DNA of 64,000 nucleotides from an uncultured Clostridia bacterium (GCA_930979925.1 CAKNIB010000002.1:46910-110909); one strand, 5' to 3'. Positions 10,369-21,395 are shown, numbered from the stretch's first letter. Translations and numbers: made by a program. Notes: generated from the letters alone by a model not told the origin.

Positions 10369-10980
10369 CTATATCTCTTCGACTGCTTTGCCACGACGAC
10401 GAGCAATCTCTTCCTTAGTTTTAAGGCTGAGAAGTCCGTTCATTGTAGCCTTTACGCAGTTCATTCTATTTGAAGAACCATGTCTTTTTGTAACGATGTT
10501 TTTGATACCTGCAAGTTCGATAACCGCACGAGCAGAACCACCAGCGATAACACCAGTACCTTCTGGAGCTGGAAGCATTAAAATGCTTGTAGCTGAGAAT
10601 TTACCGATTGTATCATGAGGGATAGTACCATCAATGATTGGGATGTTAACTAGGTTTTTCTTAGCAACGATGGTTGCCTTTTCAATAGCAGAAGAAACCT
10701 CTCTGCTCTTTCCAAGTCCAATACCAACGCGTCCTTTTCTGTCGCCTACAACAACGAGTGCTGAGAAACGAAGGATGCGTCCACCTTTAACAACCTTTTG
10801 AACACGTCTAACTTGAACTACGCTCTTATCAAATTCGCTTACCTCTTTTCTTGGAGCGCGTTCTCTACGGTCGTCCTTTCTTTTGCCTGAGAAATTGCCT
10901 CTTTTTGTCTTTTTCTCGCCTGCATTTTCAGGAGCTTCGGTAGCTACATTTTCTTGCATAATTTGTTCATTTTCTGCCAT
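10369..10980 (-). CDS. rpsE: 30S ribosomal protein S5 (with N-terminal acidic/basic extension)
   Basis: S5 dsRBD and C-terminal blocks, 203 aa. Confidence 0.95.
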   Translation of the reverse strand: MAENEQIMQENVATEAPENAGEKKTKRGNFSGKRKDDRRERAPRKEVSEFDKSVVQVRRVQKVVKGGRILRFSALVVVGDRKGRVGIGLGKSREVSSAIEKATIVAKKNLVNIPIIDGTIPHDTIGKFSATSILMLPAPEGTGVIAGGSARAVIELAGIKNIVTKRHGSSNRMNCVKATMNGLLSLKTKEEIARRRGKAVEEI

Positions 10981-10989
10981 GATTTCCTC

Positions 10990-11358
10990 CTAAAATTTGA
11001 GTCCAGCTTCTCTGGCACCATCTGCCAAAGCCTGAACACGACCGATATAGATGTATCCGCCTCTATCAAAAACAACGTCGCTTATCTTCTTCTCAAGAGC
11101 GCGCTTTGCGATTGTCTGTCCAACAATCTTTGCCTGCTCTGATTTTGACTTGCCTTGGCAAAGTGCTTTAACCTCATTGTCAAGAGTTGAAGCTGAGGCA
11201 AGAGTAACTCCCTTAGTGTCGTCAATGATTTGAGCATAGATTTGACTTAAGCTTCTGTATACGCAAAGACGTGGTCTTTCGCTTGTACCAGAAACTTTAG
11301 TTCTTACTCTTTTATGACGAACAACTCTTTCTGTATTTTTATCTGTCTTGTTAATCAT
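10990..11358 (-). CDS. rplR: 50S ribosomal protein L18
   Basis: 122 aa, ...[21 protein letters not shown]. Confidence 0.96.
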   Translation of the reverse strand: MINKTDKNTERVVRHKRVRTKVSGTSERPRLCVYRSLSQIYAQIIDDTKGVTLASASTLDNEVKALCQGKSKSEQAKIVGQTIAKRALEKKISDVVFDRGGYIYIGRVQALADGAREAGLKF

Positions 11359-11371
11359 ACTTTAAGTTCTC

Positions 11372-11920
11372 CTATTTCTTACCTTTACCAGCTGTTTTTC
11401 CGACTTTTCTAATTACTACTTGGTCAGAGTATCTGATACCGTAGCCATGATATGGTTCTACTGGTCTGATATACTTAATTTTAGAGGCAAATTGACCAAC
11501 CTTTTGCCTGTCTATACCTGAGATAACAACATCTGTTGCAGATGGAGTTGTTACGTGAAGCCCTTCTGGGATTTCAACTTCAACTGGGTGAGAGAAACCA
11601 AGGTTCATAACCAGTTTGTTTCCGCTTACACTTGCCTTGTAACCAACACCTGAGATTTGAAGTGTCTTTGAGAAACCATCAGACACGCCAACTACCATAT
11701 TGTGAGCAAGAGCTCTGTACAAGCCATGTTTTGCGTTTGACTCAGGAGTCTCTTTTGCTATTTCAAAAGAAAGGTTTTGTCCATCGATGTTTACTTTGAT
11801 TACACTGTCAATAGTCTGAGTAAGAGTACCCTTTGGACCACTAACTGTAAGTGTATCATTTTCAAATTTAGCGCTTACGCCTGCTGGCATAACGATTAAT
11901 TCTTTACCTATTCTAGACAT
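11372..11920 (-). CDS. rplF: 50S ribosomal protein L6
   Basis: MSRIGK... N-terminus, 182 aa. Confidence 0.96.
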   Translation of the reverse strand: MSRIGKELIVMPAGVSAKFENDTLTVSGPKGTLTQTIDSVIKVNIDGQNLSFEIAKETPESNAKHGLYRALAHNMVVGVSDGFSKTLQISGVGYKASVSGNKLVMNLGFSHPVEVEIPEGLHVTTPSATDVVISGIDRQKVGQFASKIKYIRPVEPYHGYGIRYSDQVVIRKVGKTAGKGKK

Positions 11921-11929
11921 ATTCCCTCC

Positions 11930-12328
11930 TTACCAAACGTAAGCTAGAACTTCGCCACCTACGCCAAGACGTCTAGCTTCCTTATCGGTAACTATACCCT
12001 TGTTTGTAGAGATGATTGCGATGCCTAGTCCGCTTATGACTTTTGGAAGTTTATCTTTTTGAGCGTAAATACGAAGACCTGGTTTAGAAATTCTCTTTAA
12101 GCCTTGTATAACACTGTCGCCAGTTTCATCATATTTGAGTGTTACAATGATGTTTTTGTGACCATTCTCTGCAACCTCTTCATATGATACGATGTAGCCT
12201 TCATCAAGAAGGATTTTTGCTATTGCGCGTTTTTCATTAGATGCTGGTATGCTAACTGTTTCATGCTTAACTTGTACAGCATTACGAATTCTTGTGAGCA
12301 TATCTGCGATTGGGTCTGTAACTAACAT
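11930..12328 (-). CDS. rpsH: 30S ribosomal protein S8
   Basis: Start trimmed to [17 protein letters not shown], preceded by AAGGAGG. Confidence 0.95.
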   Translation of the reverse strand: MLVTDPIADMLTRIRNAVQVKHETVSIPASNEKRAIAKILLDEGYIVSYEEVAENGHKNIIVTLKYDETGDSVIQGLKRISKPGLRIYAQKDKLPKVISGLGIAIISTNKGIVTDKEARRLGVGGEVLAYVW

Positions 12329-12342
12329 AATTTCCTCCTTAA

Positions 12343-12528
12343 TTACCAACTAGACTTCTTAACGCCTGGGATTTCACCCTTATTGGCGAGCTCTCTAAAG
12401 CAAACTCTGCAAATTCCATATTTTCTTAAAACTGCATGAGGTCTGCCACAGATAGAACATCTTGTGTACTGACGAGTTTTGTACTTTTGCGTTCTTTTTT
12501 GTTTTTCAACTAATGCTTTTCTTGCCAT
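12343..12528 (-). CDS. rpsN: 30S ribosomal protein S14 type Z (zinc form)
   Basis: 61 aa with CxxC...CxxC. Confidence 0.95.
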   Translation of the reverse strand: MARKALVEKQKRTQKYKTRQYTRCSICGRPHAVLRKYGICRVCFRELANKGEIPGVKKSSW

Positions 12529-12539
12529 AACGATTTCTC

Positions 12540-13091
12540 CTATTTAGCAAAAGGCAAACCAAGTGCTTGTAAAAGTGCTTTTGCCTCTTCGTTGGTCTTA
12601 GCGGTTGTTACAAAAGTAATATCAAAACCTCTAATCTTTTCGACTTTTTCATATACGATTTCTGGGAAGATAAGTTGTTCCTTAATTCCCATAGAATAAT
12701 TTCCTTTGCCATCAAATGACTTATCAGAAATTCCTCTAAAGTCTCTCACCTTTGGAAGAGCGATTGCTGTGAGTCTATCAAAGAACTCGTACATTCTATC
12801 TCCTCTAAGAGTAACTTTAGCGCCAATTTTTTGTCCTTCTCTTAATCCGAAGTTAGAAATTGATTTCTTAGCAACTGTTACAACTGGCTTTTGACCAGCG
12901 ATAACTGCAAGCTCGTCAACAGCGATGTTGAAGCTTTTAGAATTGCCTTTAACTTCGCCAAGTCCCATATTTAAAACTATTTTAACAAGTTTTGGAACTT
13001 CGTTTACATTTTTATAACCAAATTCTTTAATAAGAGCTGGAACAACTTCTGTTTTGTATTTTTCTAAAATTCTGTTTTGTTCTTTAGCCAT
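12540..13091 (-). CDS. rplE: 50S ribosomal protein L5
   Basis: 183 aa with conserved L5 blocks. Confidence 0.96.
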   Translation of the reverse strand: MAKEQNRILEKYKTEVVPALIKEFGYKNVNEVPKLVKIVLNMGLGEVKGNSKSFNIAVDELAVIAGQKPVVTVAKKSISNFGLREGQKIGAKVTLRGDRMYEFFDRLTAIALPKVRDFRGISDKSFDGKGNYSMGIKEQLIFPEIVYEKVEKIRGFDITFVTTAKTNEEAKALLQALGLPFAK

Positions 13092-13100
13092 GCTTTACTC

Positions 13101-13631
13101 CTATTTAGCTTCCGTTTTTGCTGTCGACTTTTTTGTTGTTGTTTTCTTTGCTGTGGTAGTTTTTGTTGCCTTTTCGCTAGTTGCAGGCTTTTCAGCTGTC
13201 TTCTCCGCTGTTTTCTTAGCTGGTTTTTCTTCGCCTACTGCTTTAAGGTTTGCGCCCTTAAGCTCGCTAGCTTTAATTGATTTTTTAGCTTCTTTCTTTG
13301 TAGCTTTTACAAACTCTTTGTCAAGAGATGCACCACATTTTTTGCAAGCACGGAATTTCTTTCCGTCTGTTTCTTTGTGAGCTACTCTTGTAGCCTTGCC
13401 ACATACTGGGCAAACTACAAGTACATTTGAAGCATCGATTGGAGCTGGTCTTTTGAAGATTCCGCCCTTGTCTTGCTGAGACTTTGGTTTTTGATGCTTA
13501 GAAACGATGTTTACATTGTCGATAAGCACTTTGCCAGAATCTGCATAAACGGCAGTAACTTTTCCGCTCTTACCTTTATCTTTACCTGTGATAACTACAA
13601 CATTATCACCGCTTTTAACTGTCATCTTCAT
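13101..13631 (-). CDS. rplX: 50S ribosomal protein L24 with CxxC...CxxC motif and long K/A/T-rich C-terminal tail
   Basis: KOW N-terminus (VKSGDNVVVITGKDKGK). 176 aa; B. subtilis L24, as I recall it, is roughly 100 aa. Confidence 0.9.
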   Translation of the reverse strand: MKMTVKSGDNVVVITGKDKGKSGKVTAVYADSGKVLIDNVNIVSKHQKPKSQQDKGGIFKRPAPIDASNVLVVCPVCGKATRVAHKETDGKKFRACKKCGASLDKEFVKATKKEAKKSIKASELKGANLKAVGEEKPAKKTAEKTAEKPATSEKATKTTTAKKTTTKKSTAKTEAK

Positions 13632-13643
13632 TAGCCTCTCCTT

Positions 13644-14012
13644 TTATATAACGTCTGGTGCAAGAGATATAATCTTCATATATCCCTTATCACGAAGCTC
13701 TCTTGCGATAGGTCCAAACACACGTGTACCTTTTGGTTGTTTTTGGTTATCAATAATAACTGCTGCGTTATCATCAAATCTAATGTGAGAACCATCAGCT
13801 CTTCTAAGGCCTTTTGAAGAGCGTACGATAACTGCTTTAACAACATCGCCTTTCTTTACAGTTCCACCAGGGATAGCCTTTTTAACAGAAGCAACGATAA
13901 CATCACCGATGTTACCACTTCTTCTGAAAGAACCACCAAGAACTCTGATACACATAATTTCTTTTGCGCCTGTGTTATCTGCAACTTTCAATCTTGTTTG
14001 AGGTTGTATCAT
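13644..14012 (-). CDS. rplN: 50S ribosomal protein L14
   Basis: [17 protein letters not shown]... Confidence 0.97.
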   Translation of the reverse strand: MIQPQTRLKVADNTGAKEIMCIRVLGGSFRRSGNIGDVIVASVKKAIPGGTVKKGDVVKAVIVRSSKGLRRADGSHIRFDDNAAVIIDNQKQPKGTRVFGPIARELRDKGYMKIISLAPDVI

Positions 14013-14024
14013 ATCTCTCTCCTT

Positions 14025-14291
14025 TTACTTAGCCTTCTCGACGATTTCTACAACGCGGAAATGTTTGTCTTTAGAAATTGGTCTTGTTTCCATAATTCTA
14101 ACGGTATCACCAATTCCGCATTCGTTGTTCTCATCGTGAGCTTTGAACTTCTTTGATCTTTGTACGACTTTTTTATAGATTGGGCTTTTTACTCTGGAAA
14201 CGACTTTGACAACAACGGTCTTGTCCATTTTACCAGCTGATACTACCTCGCCAACGCGGGTAATTCTTGTATTTCTATTTGTTTCCATCAT
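14025..14291 (-). CDS. rpsQ: 30S ribosomal protein S17
   Basis: 88 aa with S17 OB-fold blocks. Confidence 0.94.
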   Translation of the reverse strand: MMETNRNTRITRVGEVVSAGKMDKTVVVKVVSRVKSPIYKKVVQRSKKFKAHDENNECGIGDTVRIMETRPISKDKHFRVVEIVEKAK

Positions 14292-14493
14292 TTGCCCCCT
14301 TTTCTTGTAATTCTTTTTCTCTTAATACTGTTTTAACTCTTGCGATATCCTTTTTAACATTGTGTAGTGCCATTGGATTTGCAAGTGACCTAGTAGCGTG
14401 AGAGAAACGAAGATTAAATAATTCACTATTTAGTTCTTTGAGCTTTGCGTTTAACTCTGCTACTGACAAATATTTAATTTCATTAATTTTCAT
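14275..14493 (-). CDS. rpmC: 50S ribosomal protein L29
   Basis: 72 aa, ...[14 protein letters not shown]... Confidence 0.93.
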   Translation of the reverse strand: MKINEIKYLSVAELNAKLKELNSELFNLRFSHATRSLANPMALHNVKKDIARVKTVLREKELQEKGANDGNK

Positions 14494-14923
14494 CTTTCAC
14501 ACCACCTTTTGTAGCATCTTCTTTCTTTACAAACTTAACCTTGCAAGGAAGTTTGTGCCCGGCAAGTCTGAGAGCTTCTTTTGCTACCTCTTCAGAAACG
14601 CCTTCGATTTCAAAGAGAACTCTGCCAGGTTTAACTACTGCTACCCAGAACTCTGGAGAACCTTTACCAGAACCCATACGAGTTTCTGCAGGTTTCTTTG
14701 TTACTGGCTTGTCAGGGAAGATTTTAATCCAAACTTTACCATCTCTTCTTGTGTAACGAGTAAGTGCAATACGAGCGGCTTCAATTTGGTTTGACTTTAT
14801 CCAGCATGGCTCTGTAGCAATAATTCCATAAGAGCCATAAGATAAAGTATTTCCTCTTGTAGCTTTACCTGTCATTCTGCCTCTAAAAACTTTTCTTCTT
14901 TTTACTCTTTTAGGCATTAACAT
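14483..14923 (-). CDS. rplP: 50S ribosomal protein L16
   Basis: [11 protein letters not shown]... N-terminus. Confidence 0.97.
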   Translation of the reverse strand: MLMPKRVKRRKVFRGRMTGKATRGNTLSYGSYGIIATEPCWIKSNQIEAARIALTRYTRRDGKVWIKIFPDKPVTKKPAETRMGSGKGSPEFWVAVVKPGRVLFEIEGVSEEVAKEALRLAGHKLPCKVKFVKKEDATKGGVKDEN

Positions 14924-15594
14924 TATTCTTGTCCTCCTTTTGTATCAGACGACTTCTTGCCATAAATTTCACCCTTGTAAATCCAGCACTTAACGCCTAT
15001 CTTACCAATAAGAGTGTATGCTGCAGCTTCACCATAGTCAATGTCTGCTCTAAGAGTATGAAGAGGTACAGAACCTCTAAATTGTTTTTCAATTTGAGCC
15101 TTCTCGTTAGCTTTTGCAAGTACGCCACTTACCTGGACTTTGCATCCCTTAGCACCTGCTTTCATAACTCTCTCAACTGCCTGTTTGAGTGCTCTTTTGG
15201 CAGCAACACGTTTTTCAAGCTGAGTTGCGATTGAGTCAGCAACAAGTTGAGCATCAAGGTCTGGTCTCTTAATCTCTTTCACATTGACAAGTAAAAGCTT
15301 AACTGGTCTGATTATTTTTTGAATTTCCTTCTTGATTGTCTCAATTCCAGCACCCTTAGTACCAATTATCATACCAGGCTTAGCTGTAAAGATGTTGACA
15401 ACAAGTTTGCCCTCTGTTCTTTCAATGGTAACTTTTGAAATAGAGCATGCTTTGTATTTCTTTAAAATGAAACTTTTAACATCTTGGTCTTCTTTAAGGT
15501 TTGCGGCAAAGGTTTTCTTATCTGCATACCAAGTTGAATTCCAATCTTTGTTTATTCCTATTCTAAGTCCTACTGGACTAACCTTTTGTCCCAT
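14923..15594 (-). CDS. rpsC: 30S ribosomal protein S3
   Basis: [13 protein letters not shown]... N-terminus with a KH domain. Confidence 0.97.
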   Translation of the reverse strand: MGQKVSPVGLRIGINKDWNSTWYADKKTFAANLKEDQDVKSFILKKYKACSISKVTIERTEGKLVVNIFTAKPGMIIGTKGAGIETIKKEIQKIIRPVKLLLVNVKEIKRPDLDAQLVADSIATQLEKRVAAKRALKQAVERVMKAGAKGCKVQVSGVLAKANEKAQIEKQFRGSVPLHTLRADIDYGEAAAYTLIGKIGVKCWIYKGEIYGKKSSDTKGGQE

Positions 15595-15596
15595 TC

Positions 15597-15986
15597 TTAG
15601 CCTCCTACCACTTCATCTAGCACAATTGTGATATGTGAAGTCTTTTTAAGAATAATGTTACCCTGACCTTTAGCTCTTGCGCTCATTCTCTTAAATTGTG
15701 GACCGCTTGTTGCATAGGCCTCTTTAACATATAATGTCTCAGCATTTTTGCCCATGTTGTTTTCAGCGTTAGCGATTGCACTCTTTAATACTTTAAGGCT
15801 TTCAAAAGCACCTTTATCAGGCATATTTTCAAGGATAGCAACAGCCTCTTGTGCCTTCTTTCCTCTTACGAGGTCTAAAATATAGGTTATTTTAGATGGG
15901 CTCATTCTTACATATTTAGCCTTAGCGTAAGGATATTTTGTAGCGCTATTTCTTTTTTCTGCTTTTTGTCTAATTCTTGTAGCCAT
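15597..15986 (-). CDS. rplV: 50S ribosomal protein L22
   Basis: 129 aa with L22 blocks. Confidence 0.95.
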   Translation of the reverse strand: MATRIRQKAEKRNSATKYPYAKAKYVRMSPSKITYILDLVRGKKAQEAVAILENMPDKGAFESLKVLKSAIANAENNMGKNAETLYVKEAYATSGPQFKRMSARAKGQGNIILKKTSHITIVLDEVVGG

Positions 15987-15995
15987 TTCTTACCT

Positions 15996-16289
15996 CTATT
16001 TCTTGCCTGTCTTTGAAGCAACACTTGCCGACTTTTTAGTATGTCCCTTATATGTTCTTGTTGGAGAGAATTCTCCAAGTTTATGACCTACCATATCAGC
16101 AGTACAGTAAACAGGGACATGTTTTTTACCATTGTGTACTGCAAATGTAAATCCTACAAAATCAGGATAGATAGTAGATGCTCTTGACCAAGTTTTAATA
16201 GGCCTTTTAACGCCAGACTCTTGCATCTCGGCAACCTTTTTAAGTAAACTTGGATGAACGTAAGGCTTTTTCTTTAATGATCTGCTCAT
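15996..16289 (-). CDS. rpsS: 30S ribosomal protein S19
   Basis: [11 protein letters not shown]... N-terminus. Confidence 0.97.
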   Translation of the reverse strand: MSRSLKKKPYVHPSLLKKVAEMQESGVKRPIKTWSRASTIYPDFVGFTFAVHNGKKHVPVYCTADMVGHKLGEFSPTRTYKGHTKKSASVASKTGKK

Positions 16290-16300
16290 AATCTTCTCTC

Positions 16301-17128
16301 CTAATTAACTCTCTTAACCATTAAGCGGTTAGATTTATTCTTTCTCTTTCTTGTCTTGTAACCAAGAGCTGGCTTGTTCCATGGTGTAACAGGAGATGCC
16401 ATACCAACAGGGCTCTTACCTTCACCACCACCATGCTTGTGGTCATTAGGGTTCATAGCAACACCACGGACTGATGGTCTAACACCCATGTGTCTCTTTC
16501 TTCCAGCCTTACCAAGAGAAACAAGTTCGTGGTCGATATTTCCAACTGTACCGATTGTAGCACGGCAAGTTAAAAGTACCTTTCTCATTTCACCACTTGG
16601 AAGACGAAGGGTTGCATACTTTCCTTCCTTAGCCATAAGTTGAACCTCAGAACCAGCAGAACGAGCAAGTTGACCGCCCTTCTTAGGTTGAAGCTCAATG
16701 TTGTGGATAAGTGAACCAACTGGAATTTTAGCAAGAGGTAAAGAGTTGCCGACTTTGATTTCAACATCTTCACCGCTCATAATAACGTCACCATCTTTAA
16801 GCCCAACAGGAGCAATGATATATCTCTTCTCGCCATCAGCGTAAGAAAGAAGAGCGATATATGCTGTTCTGTTAGGGTCGTACTCGATGCCTACAACTTT
16901 TGCAGGAACGTTATCTTTGTTACGTTTAAAATCGATTACACGATATTTTTGTCTGTTACCACCGCCTTGGTGACGAACGGTAACTCTGCCTTGAGCGTTT
17001 CTTCCTGCCTTTGAGTTTTTAACAGCAAGAAGTGATTTTTCAGGCTCTTTCTTTGTTATTTCTTCATAGGAAGAGGTTGTATAAAATCTTCTTCCGGCAG
17101 AAGTTGGTCTATGAATTTTGATTGCCAT
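16301..17128 (-). CDS. rplB: 50S ribosomal protein L2
   Basis: 275 aa, ...[16 protein letters not shown]... Confidence 0.97.
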   Translation of the reverse strand: MAIKIHRPTSAGRRFYTTSSYEEITKKEPEKSLLAVKNSKAGRNAQGRVTVRHQGGGNRQKYRVIDFKRNKDNVPAKVVGIEYDPNRTAYIALLSYADGEKRYIIAPVGLKDGDVIMSGEDVEIKVGNSLPLAKIPVGSLIHNIELQPKKGGQLARSAGSEVQLMAKEGKYATLRLPSGEMRKVLLTCRATIGTVGNIDHELVSLGKAGRKRHMGVRPSVRGVAMNPNDHKHGGGEGKSPVGMASPVTPWNKPALGYKTRKRKNKSNRLMVKRVN

Positions 17129-17146
17129 TAGTTGTCCCCTCCCTTA

Positions 17147-17449
17147 TTATGATAAGCTGTCGAAGAAGGCGATTGTTTTTGAATCTGGAGTAAGTGTTAC
17201 AACAGCTTTTTTGTAATCACTAGTTCTTCCAACCGTTCTTCCAGCCCTTGTATTTTGAGTTTTCTTGTGACCTTTTACGATGCTTGTGTTAACTCTGGCA
17301 ACCTTTACACCGAAAAGCTCTTCAACTGCCTTTTTAATTTCTATTTTTCCAGCATTTTTTGCAACTATAAAAGAATATACTTTGTTTGCTATGCCAGAAT
17401 AACTTTTCTCTGTGAGAAGTGGTTTAATAATAATTTGTTCCTTTTCCAT
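17147..17449 (-). CDS. rplW: 50S ribosomal protein L23
   Basis: 100 aa in the L23 position, with L23 blocks. Confidence 0.94.
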   Translation of the reverse strand: MEKEQIIIKPLLTEKSYSGIANKVYSFIVAKNAGKIEIKKAVEELFGVKVARVNTSIVKGHKKTQNTRAGRTVGRTSDYKKAVVTLTPDSKTIAFFDSLS

Positions 17450-18075
17450 TATTCTGCGTAAGCCTCCTCTATTTGTTTGATAGCCGATTCTGTCAAAACA
17501 ATGTTTTTGCTAGCAACAACCTCATAAGCGTTGAGGTCTGATGCTTCTTCAATGCTAAGTGATGGAATATTTGCAGTTGAAAGCTTGATATTCTTGTCGT
17601 TAGCATCGTTAACAACAAGCACTGATCCTTCAAACTTGAAAGCGTTTAAGAATGCTTGAGCGTCCTTTGTCTTAGGACTTTCAAAAGCAAACTTGTCAAG
17701 TACTACTACCTGACCGTCTTTAAGTTTTGTAGAAAGTGCTGAAAGAAGGGCATATCTCTTCTTTTGTTTGTTAACTTTCTTAGAGAAATCTCTTGGCTTT
17801 GGAGCGAATACAACTCCGCCACCTCTCCATTGCGGACCTTTTGTTGAGCCTTGTCTAGCTCTACCAGTGCCCTTTTGGCGCCAAGGTTTCTTTGCGTGGC
17901 CTCTTACCTCAGAACGAGTAAGAGTTGACTTAGTTCCCTGTCTCTGATTTGCGTTATATGCAACAACGACTTCGTGAATAAGAGGTTCGTTGTATTCTAC
18001 GGCGAAAAGGTCGTCCGGGAGATTTACTTGACCTACTTCCTCAGCCTGCATATTGTATACTTTAACTTTTGCCAT
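17449..18075 (-). CDS. rplD: 50S ribosomal protein L4
   Basis: 208 aa, ...[15 protein letters not shown]... Confidence 0.96.
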   Translation of the reverse strand: MAKVKVYNMQAEEVGQVNLPDDLFAVEYNEPLIHEVVVAYNANQRQGTKSTLTRSEVRGHAKKPWRQKGTGRARQGSTKGPQWRGGGVVFAPKPRDFSKKVNKQKKRYALLSALSTKLKDGQVVVLDKFAFESPKTKDAQAFLNAFKFEGSVLVVNDANDKNIKLSTANIPSLSIEEASDLNAYEVVASKNIVLTESAIKQIEEAYAE

Positions 18076-18086
18076 AACTTTCTCCT

Positions 18087-18719
18087 TTACCTTTTAACCG
18101 CTTCACGAATAGTTACAACTGAGCCCTTAGGTCCAGGTATGCAACCTTTTACGAGAAGGATATTTCTTGATGTGTCAACCTTAACAATGTCAAGGTTTTG
18201 GATAGTTACACGCTCAACACCATAGTGTCCTGGCATATTCTTGTTTTTGAATACCCTTGATGGAGTTGAGTTTGCGCTCATAGAGCCGACTTCTCTATGA
18301 ACAGGGCCGGTACCGTGAGTCATCTTAAGGCGGTGTTGGTTCCATCTCTGGATAACGCCGGTAAATCCACGACCACGAGTTGTGCCTGTAACGTCTACCT
18401 TGTCTCCCTCAGCAAAGATGTCAGCTTTGATCTCTTGTCCGAGTGAGTAATCAGCACTGTTGTCAAACCTAAACTCTTTCAAAACTCTGTATGTGTCAAC
18501 TCCGGCTTTTTTGAAAGCGCCAGTTCTAGGCTTGTTAACTCTTTGAGCCTTTTGCTTGTCAAATGCAACAACAACTGCTTCGTATCCGTCCTTTTCGTTG
18601 TTCTTAACTTGAACTACTGGGCAAGGACCAGCCTCTACAACGGTAACTGGGATAACCGCACCTTCAGGAGTGAAGACTTGAGTCATTCCTAGTTTTTTGC
18701 CGATAATCGCTTTTTTCAT
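18087..18719 (-). CDS. rplC: 50S ribosomal protein L3
   Basis: 210 aa, MKKAIIGKKLGMTQVF... Confidence 0.97.
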   Translation of the reverse strand: MKKAIIGKKLGMTQVFTPEGAVIPVTVVEAGPCPVVQVKNNEKDGYEAVVVAFDKQKAQRVNKPRTGAFKKAGVDTYRVLKEFRFDNSADYSLGQEIKADIFAEGDKVDVTGTTRGRGFTGVIQRWNQHRLKMTHGTGPVHREVGSMSANSTPSRVFKNKNMPGHYGVERVTIQNLDIVKVDTSRNILLVKGCIPGPKGSVVTIREAVKR

Positions 18720-18737
18720 AATAATGTCTTCCTCCTA

Positions 18738-19046
18738 TTATAGTTTGATTTTGATATCAACACCAGCCGGAAGGTCAATCTTCATAAGTGCGTCAACTGC
18801 CTTAGCGTTTGGTGAGTAGATATCAATAAGTCTCTTGTGAGTTCTTGACTCAAATTGCTCACGACTATCTTTGTACATGTGTGGTGAGCGAATAACAGTA
18901 ACCACCTCTCTGTCTGTTGGAAGTGGAATAGGTCCTGCAACCTTAGCGCCGAACTTTTCGGCAGTGTCGATAATTCTCTTGCAAGCATCATCGATTAAGG
19001 CATGCTCAAAGGACTTTAATTTAATTCTGATAACTTGTGTTGCCAT
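18738..19046 (-). CDS. rpsJ: 30S ribosomal protein S10
   Basis: 102 aa, ...[14 protein letters not shown]... Confidence 0.97.
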   Translation of the reverse strand: MATQVIRIKLKSFEHALIDDACKRIIDTAEKFGAKVAGPIPLPTDREVVTVIRSPHMYKDSREQFESRTHKRLIDIYSPNAKAVDALMKIDLPAGVDIKIKL

Positions 19047-19303
19047 TAATTTTTAAACCTCCTGTAATAGCAAATCTAACCATTTTAATCACTTAATTTG
19101 ACACACCCTTTTGGTGTTTGTGTAACAAATGTGAGATTTTTGTTACCATGAAACACTTGTCCGCGTGTGTCACGCTGCTACTCATTAAAAAATGTGATTT
19201 TTGGTTAGCCGCCCGCGGTCTTGTGCCACGAACTTGTCCGCGTAAATTCTCTTTGATTGCCGGTAACCAAAGTAACCTTACGCATCAACCCATATTTCAC
19301 AGC
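19047..19303 (-). promoter_or_regulatory. Structured 5-prime leader of the S10 operon
   Basis: About 260 nt between the predicted start site and rpsJ. Contains several hairpins and an exact 12-nt repeat, acttgtccgcgt, at 19155-19166 and 19232-19243. Confidence 0.5.
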
Positions 19304-19309
19304 ATTAAT

Positions 19310-19338
19310 ATAATACCAAATACTTTTACATTTGTCAA
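19310..19338 (-). promoter_or_regulatory. Sigma-70/SigA-type promoter of the ribosomal superoperon
   Basis: The minus strand reads TTGACA (19333-19338), a 17-nt spacer, then TATTAT (19310-19315). Confidence 0.7.
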
Positions 19339-19469
19339 CGATTTTTCAAAAGAAAATTAAAAATATTTTATAAAGGCATAGTCCTAAAAAAGCAAATATA
19401 TTTTGCAGCTTTTTATCTCTCAAATTTTTAATTATAATATGAATATTAATATATAATATAATATATATA

Positions 19470-19503
19470 AATATAAAAGCATGCCCAATAAAGAGCATGC
19501 TAA
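19470..19503 (-). terminator. Intrinsic terminator after the 591-aa surface protein gene
   Basis: Stem agcatgc/gcatgct (19478-19501), followed on the minus strand by TTTTAT. Confidence 0.5.
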
Positions 19504-19619
19504 AATTTTTATTATGAAATTTTAAAATTTTTTTAAGGCTTGCAAAAGTTTTAAGTTTATTAAGTGGTTTAATTATATAATGTTTCAAATTTTCTTTAAG
19601 CTTTACGTAAATTCGGGGT

Positions 19620-21395
19620 CTATATCGGAAATTTGAAAGCTGCTCGCACCGCATACTTGTAGGTGTTGACATTAACATAAGTGAGACTGCCTAACATATA
19701 AACACGATATGCATTATTACTATTAGACGAATAAGGGGAACGGAGCCAATAAGTGCTTCCCCACTCTCTATCTGTTGTCGAACTTGATGTATCTGCTCCT
19801 AACATATGGTAGGCTTCATAATATGATAATAACCAGAATTTGTCTGTGTCTTCTTTGCTATAGGTTATCGTTGCTCCTGTCCAATCATCTGGTGAACCCT
19901 TTGGAAAATCTACATCTTGTGGGTTTGTCCCTGAATTTGACATGTCTGTATATAAATCACCAAGTGTTCTGCCTATTATGTCTGTGTATATTATATCATT
20001 ATCTGGGTCAATATGTAGGTCTGTGAACATATTTGATGATGTCCCGTTTGGAGTTACTGTTGTATTCCATGAACCTGAAAAACTCTTTTGCACATCGTTT
20101 CCATTGATATATTGACGTATATTGCTTGTTGAATAATCATTGGCATCTATATTATTCCAGCCATTGTAATTATGGGTTGCATCAGTATCGCTTCTATATG
20201 TATAATCATTATTCCATGAACAGTATAGTCCACCAACATCTGTGTTATTATAACTAGAATAATAACTTTCTAAGATAAAGTAGCCATCACCTGTTGGGCG
20301 GGTGTTTCTATCAAACTCATAGTGTGATGTTGTGTCTGAGAAATATCTCCAACGTAAATATTCGCTTTCGCGTTTGCCTTCTGCGTTATCTGTTGTGGTT
20401 GAGTATGTTCCCATTTCTACATACCAATAGCCTTCATCGGTATAGGTGCTTGTTTCTCCTTCTTCTGTTACTTGAAGCAGGTCTGTCTTTTCTTCAAACT
20501 CTACTTCTAAGCCTGAAATTGTGGTAGCAGAGCCTGTGTTATTCACTGTGATTGTAAGGTCTCGGCTTGTTCCACTTGTAAGCTGTTCACTTGGGTTTTG
20601 TGGAAGATACAAACTTGTTGAGCTTATTGTTATATTAGGAGTATCATACCATGATACAATATTCTTTATATAATTTACACTGAGTGAAGTCATGGAAATT
20701 GTTAAGGTTGTTTCTCCTGTGTTAAAGGTTATATCTGAGAGGTCAATTGAGTCATTTAAAAATTTCTCTCCTGTCAAGGCATCGTATGTATTGGTTGTTG
20801 CTCCTGTTGAGAATACTGAGGTTACCTGTAAATCTGGCTCTACATACTCCTCTATTGTAATTGTTATTCCGCTTAGGTCTATTGCGTCGCCGGCTGATAG
20901 GTTTGGAGCGGAGATTGTCAAGATAAGAGTTCCGCTAAGCTCGGTGTCTTGAGTGATTTGGTCAGAGCTTGTTAAAGTGCCAGCTGAGATTACACCGCTA
21001 TAGCTTGCGGTTACCCCCTGTGACTGCAGCTCAGATGATAAAGTTACATTTGATATTGCCCACTGGATATCAGTGGTGTTGATAATATCAAAGTAAAGTG
21101 AGAAAGAGCCAAGGGTATTGGAGTTTTCTCCAGTAAAGTCACCTATATTCATATTAAAGCCGTTCTCTCCATTTATGTAGCCTGGTAAAAATTCAGTTAC
21201 TGGTACTGGGTCAGTGCCGTTGTCTTGTTTTATCCTCACCTGTTTTACCCATAGGCTTCTATCGGCAACGTTAAAGTTTACACTACCCGTCATAGTCAGT
21301 GTCTGCTGGCTTGCCGCTAGTACACCGATTACCACTAGTCCCAGAACTAAAATAAACAGTGATATTAATGACACTAACTTCATTTTAATTGACAT
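19620..21395 (-). CDS. Secreted or cell-surface protein, function unknown
   Basis: N-terminal signal/TM segment (MKLVSLISLFILVLGLVVIGVLAA). The C-terminal WLRSP...VRAAF block resembles a DUF6273-type domain, from memory. Confidence 0.7.
   Translation of the reverse strand: MSIKMKLVSLISLFILVLGLVVIGVLAASQQTLTMTGSVNFNVADRSLWVKQVRIKQDNGTDPVPVTEFLPGYINGENGFNMNIGDFTGENSNTLGSFSLYFDIINTTDIQWAISNVTLSSELQSQGVTASYSGVISAGTLTSSDQITQDTELSGTLILTISAPNLSAGDAIDLSGITITIEEYVEPDLQVTSVFSTGATTNTYDALTGEKFLNDSIDLSDITFNTGETTLTISMTSLSVNYIKNIVSWYDTPNITISSTSLYLPQNPSEQLTSGTSRDLTITVNNTGSATTISGLEVEFEEKTDLLQVTEEGETSTYTDEGYWYVEMGTYSTTTDNAEGKRESEYLRWRYFSDTTSHYEFDRNTRPTGDGYFILESYYSSYNNTDVGGLYCSWNNDYTYRSDTDATHNYNGWNNIDANDYSTSNIRQYINGNDVQKSFSGSWNTTVTPNGTSSNMFTDLHIDPDNDIIYTDIIGRTLGDLYTDMSNSGTNPQDVDFPKGSPDDWTGATITYSKEDTDKFWLLSYYEAYHMLGADTSSSTTDREWGSTYWLRSPYSSNSNNAYRVYMLGSLTYVNVNTYKYAVRAAFKFPI

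Noticed and set aside
13054-13380. Antisense ORFs within ribosomal protein genes. Examples: 13054-13380, 13077-13280, 14438-14794, 16374-16643, 16585-16773, 18782-18991. Similar cases lie inside secY, rpoA, the 1359-aa gene and the reductase gene.
   Set aside because: All lie inside, and opposite to or out of frame with, strongly supported conserved genes. They are typical shadow ORFs.
19346-19678. 110-aa ORF between the surface protein gene and the S10 promoter
   Set aside because: It is extremely AT-rich and low-complexity (runs of I/K/F/N), overlaps the 3-prime end of the 591-aa gene and its terminator, and has no SD.
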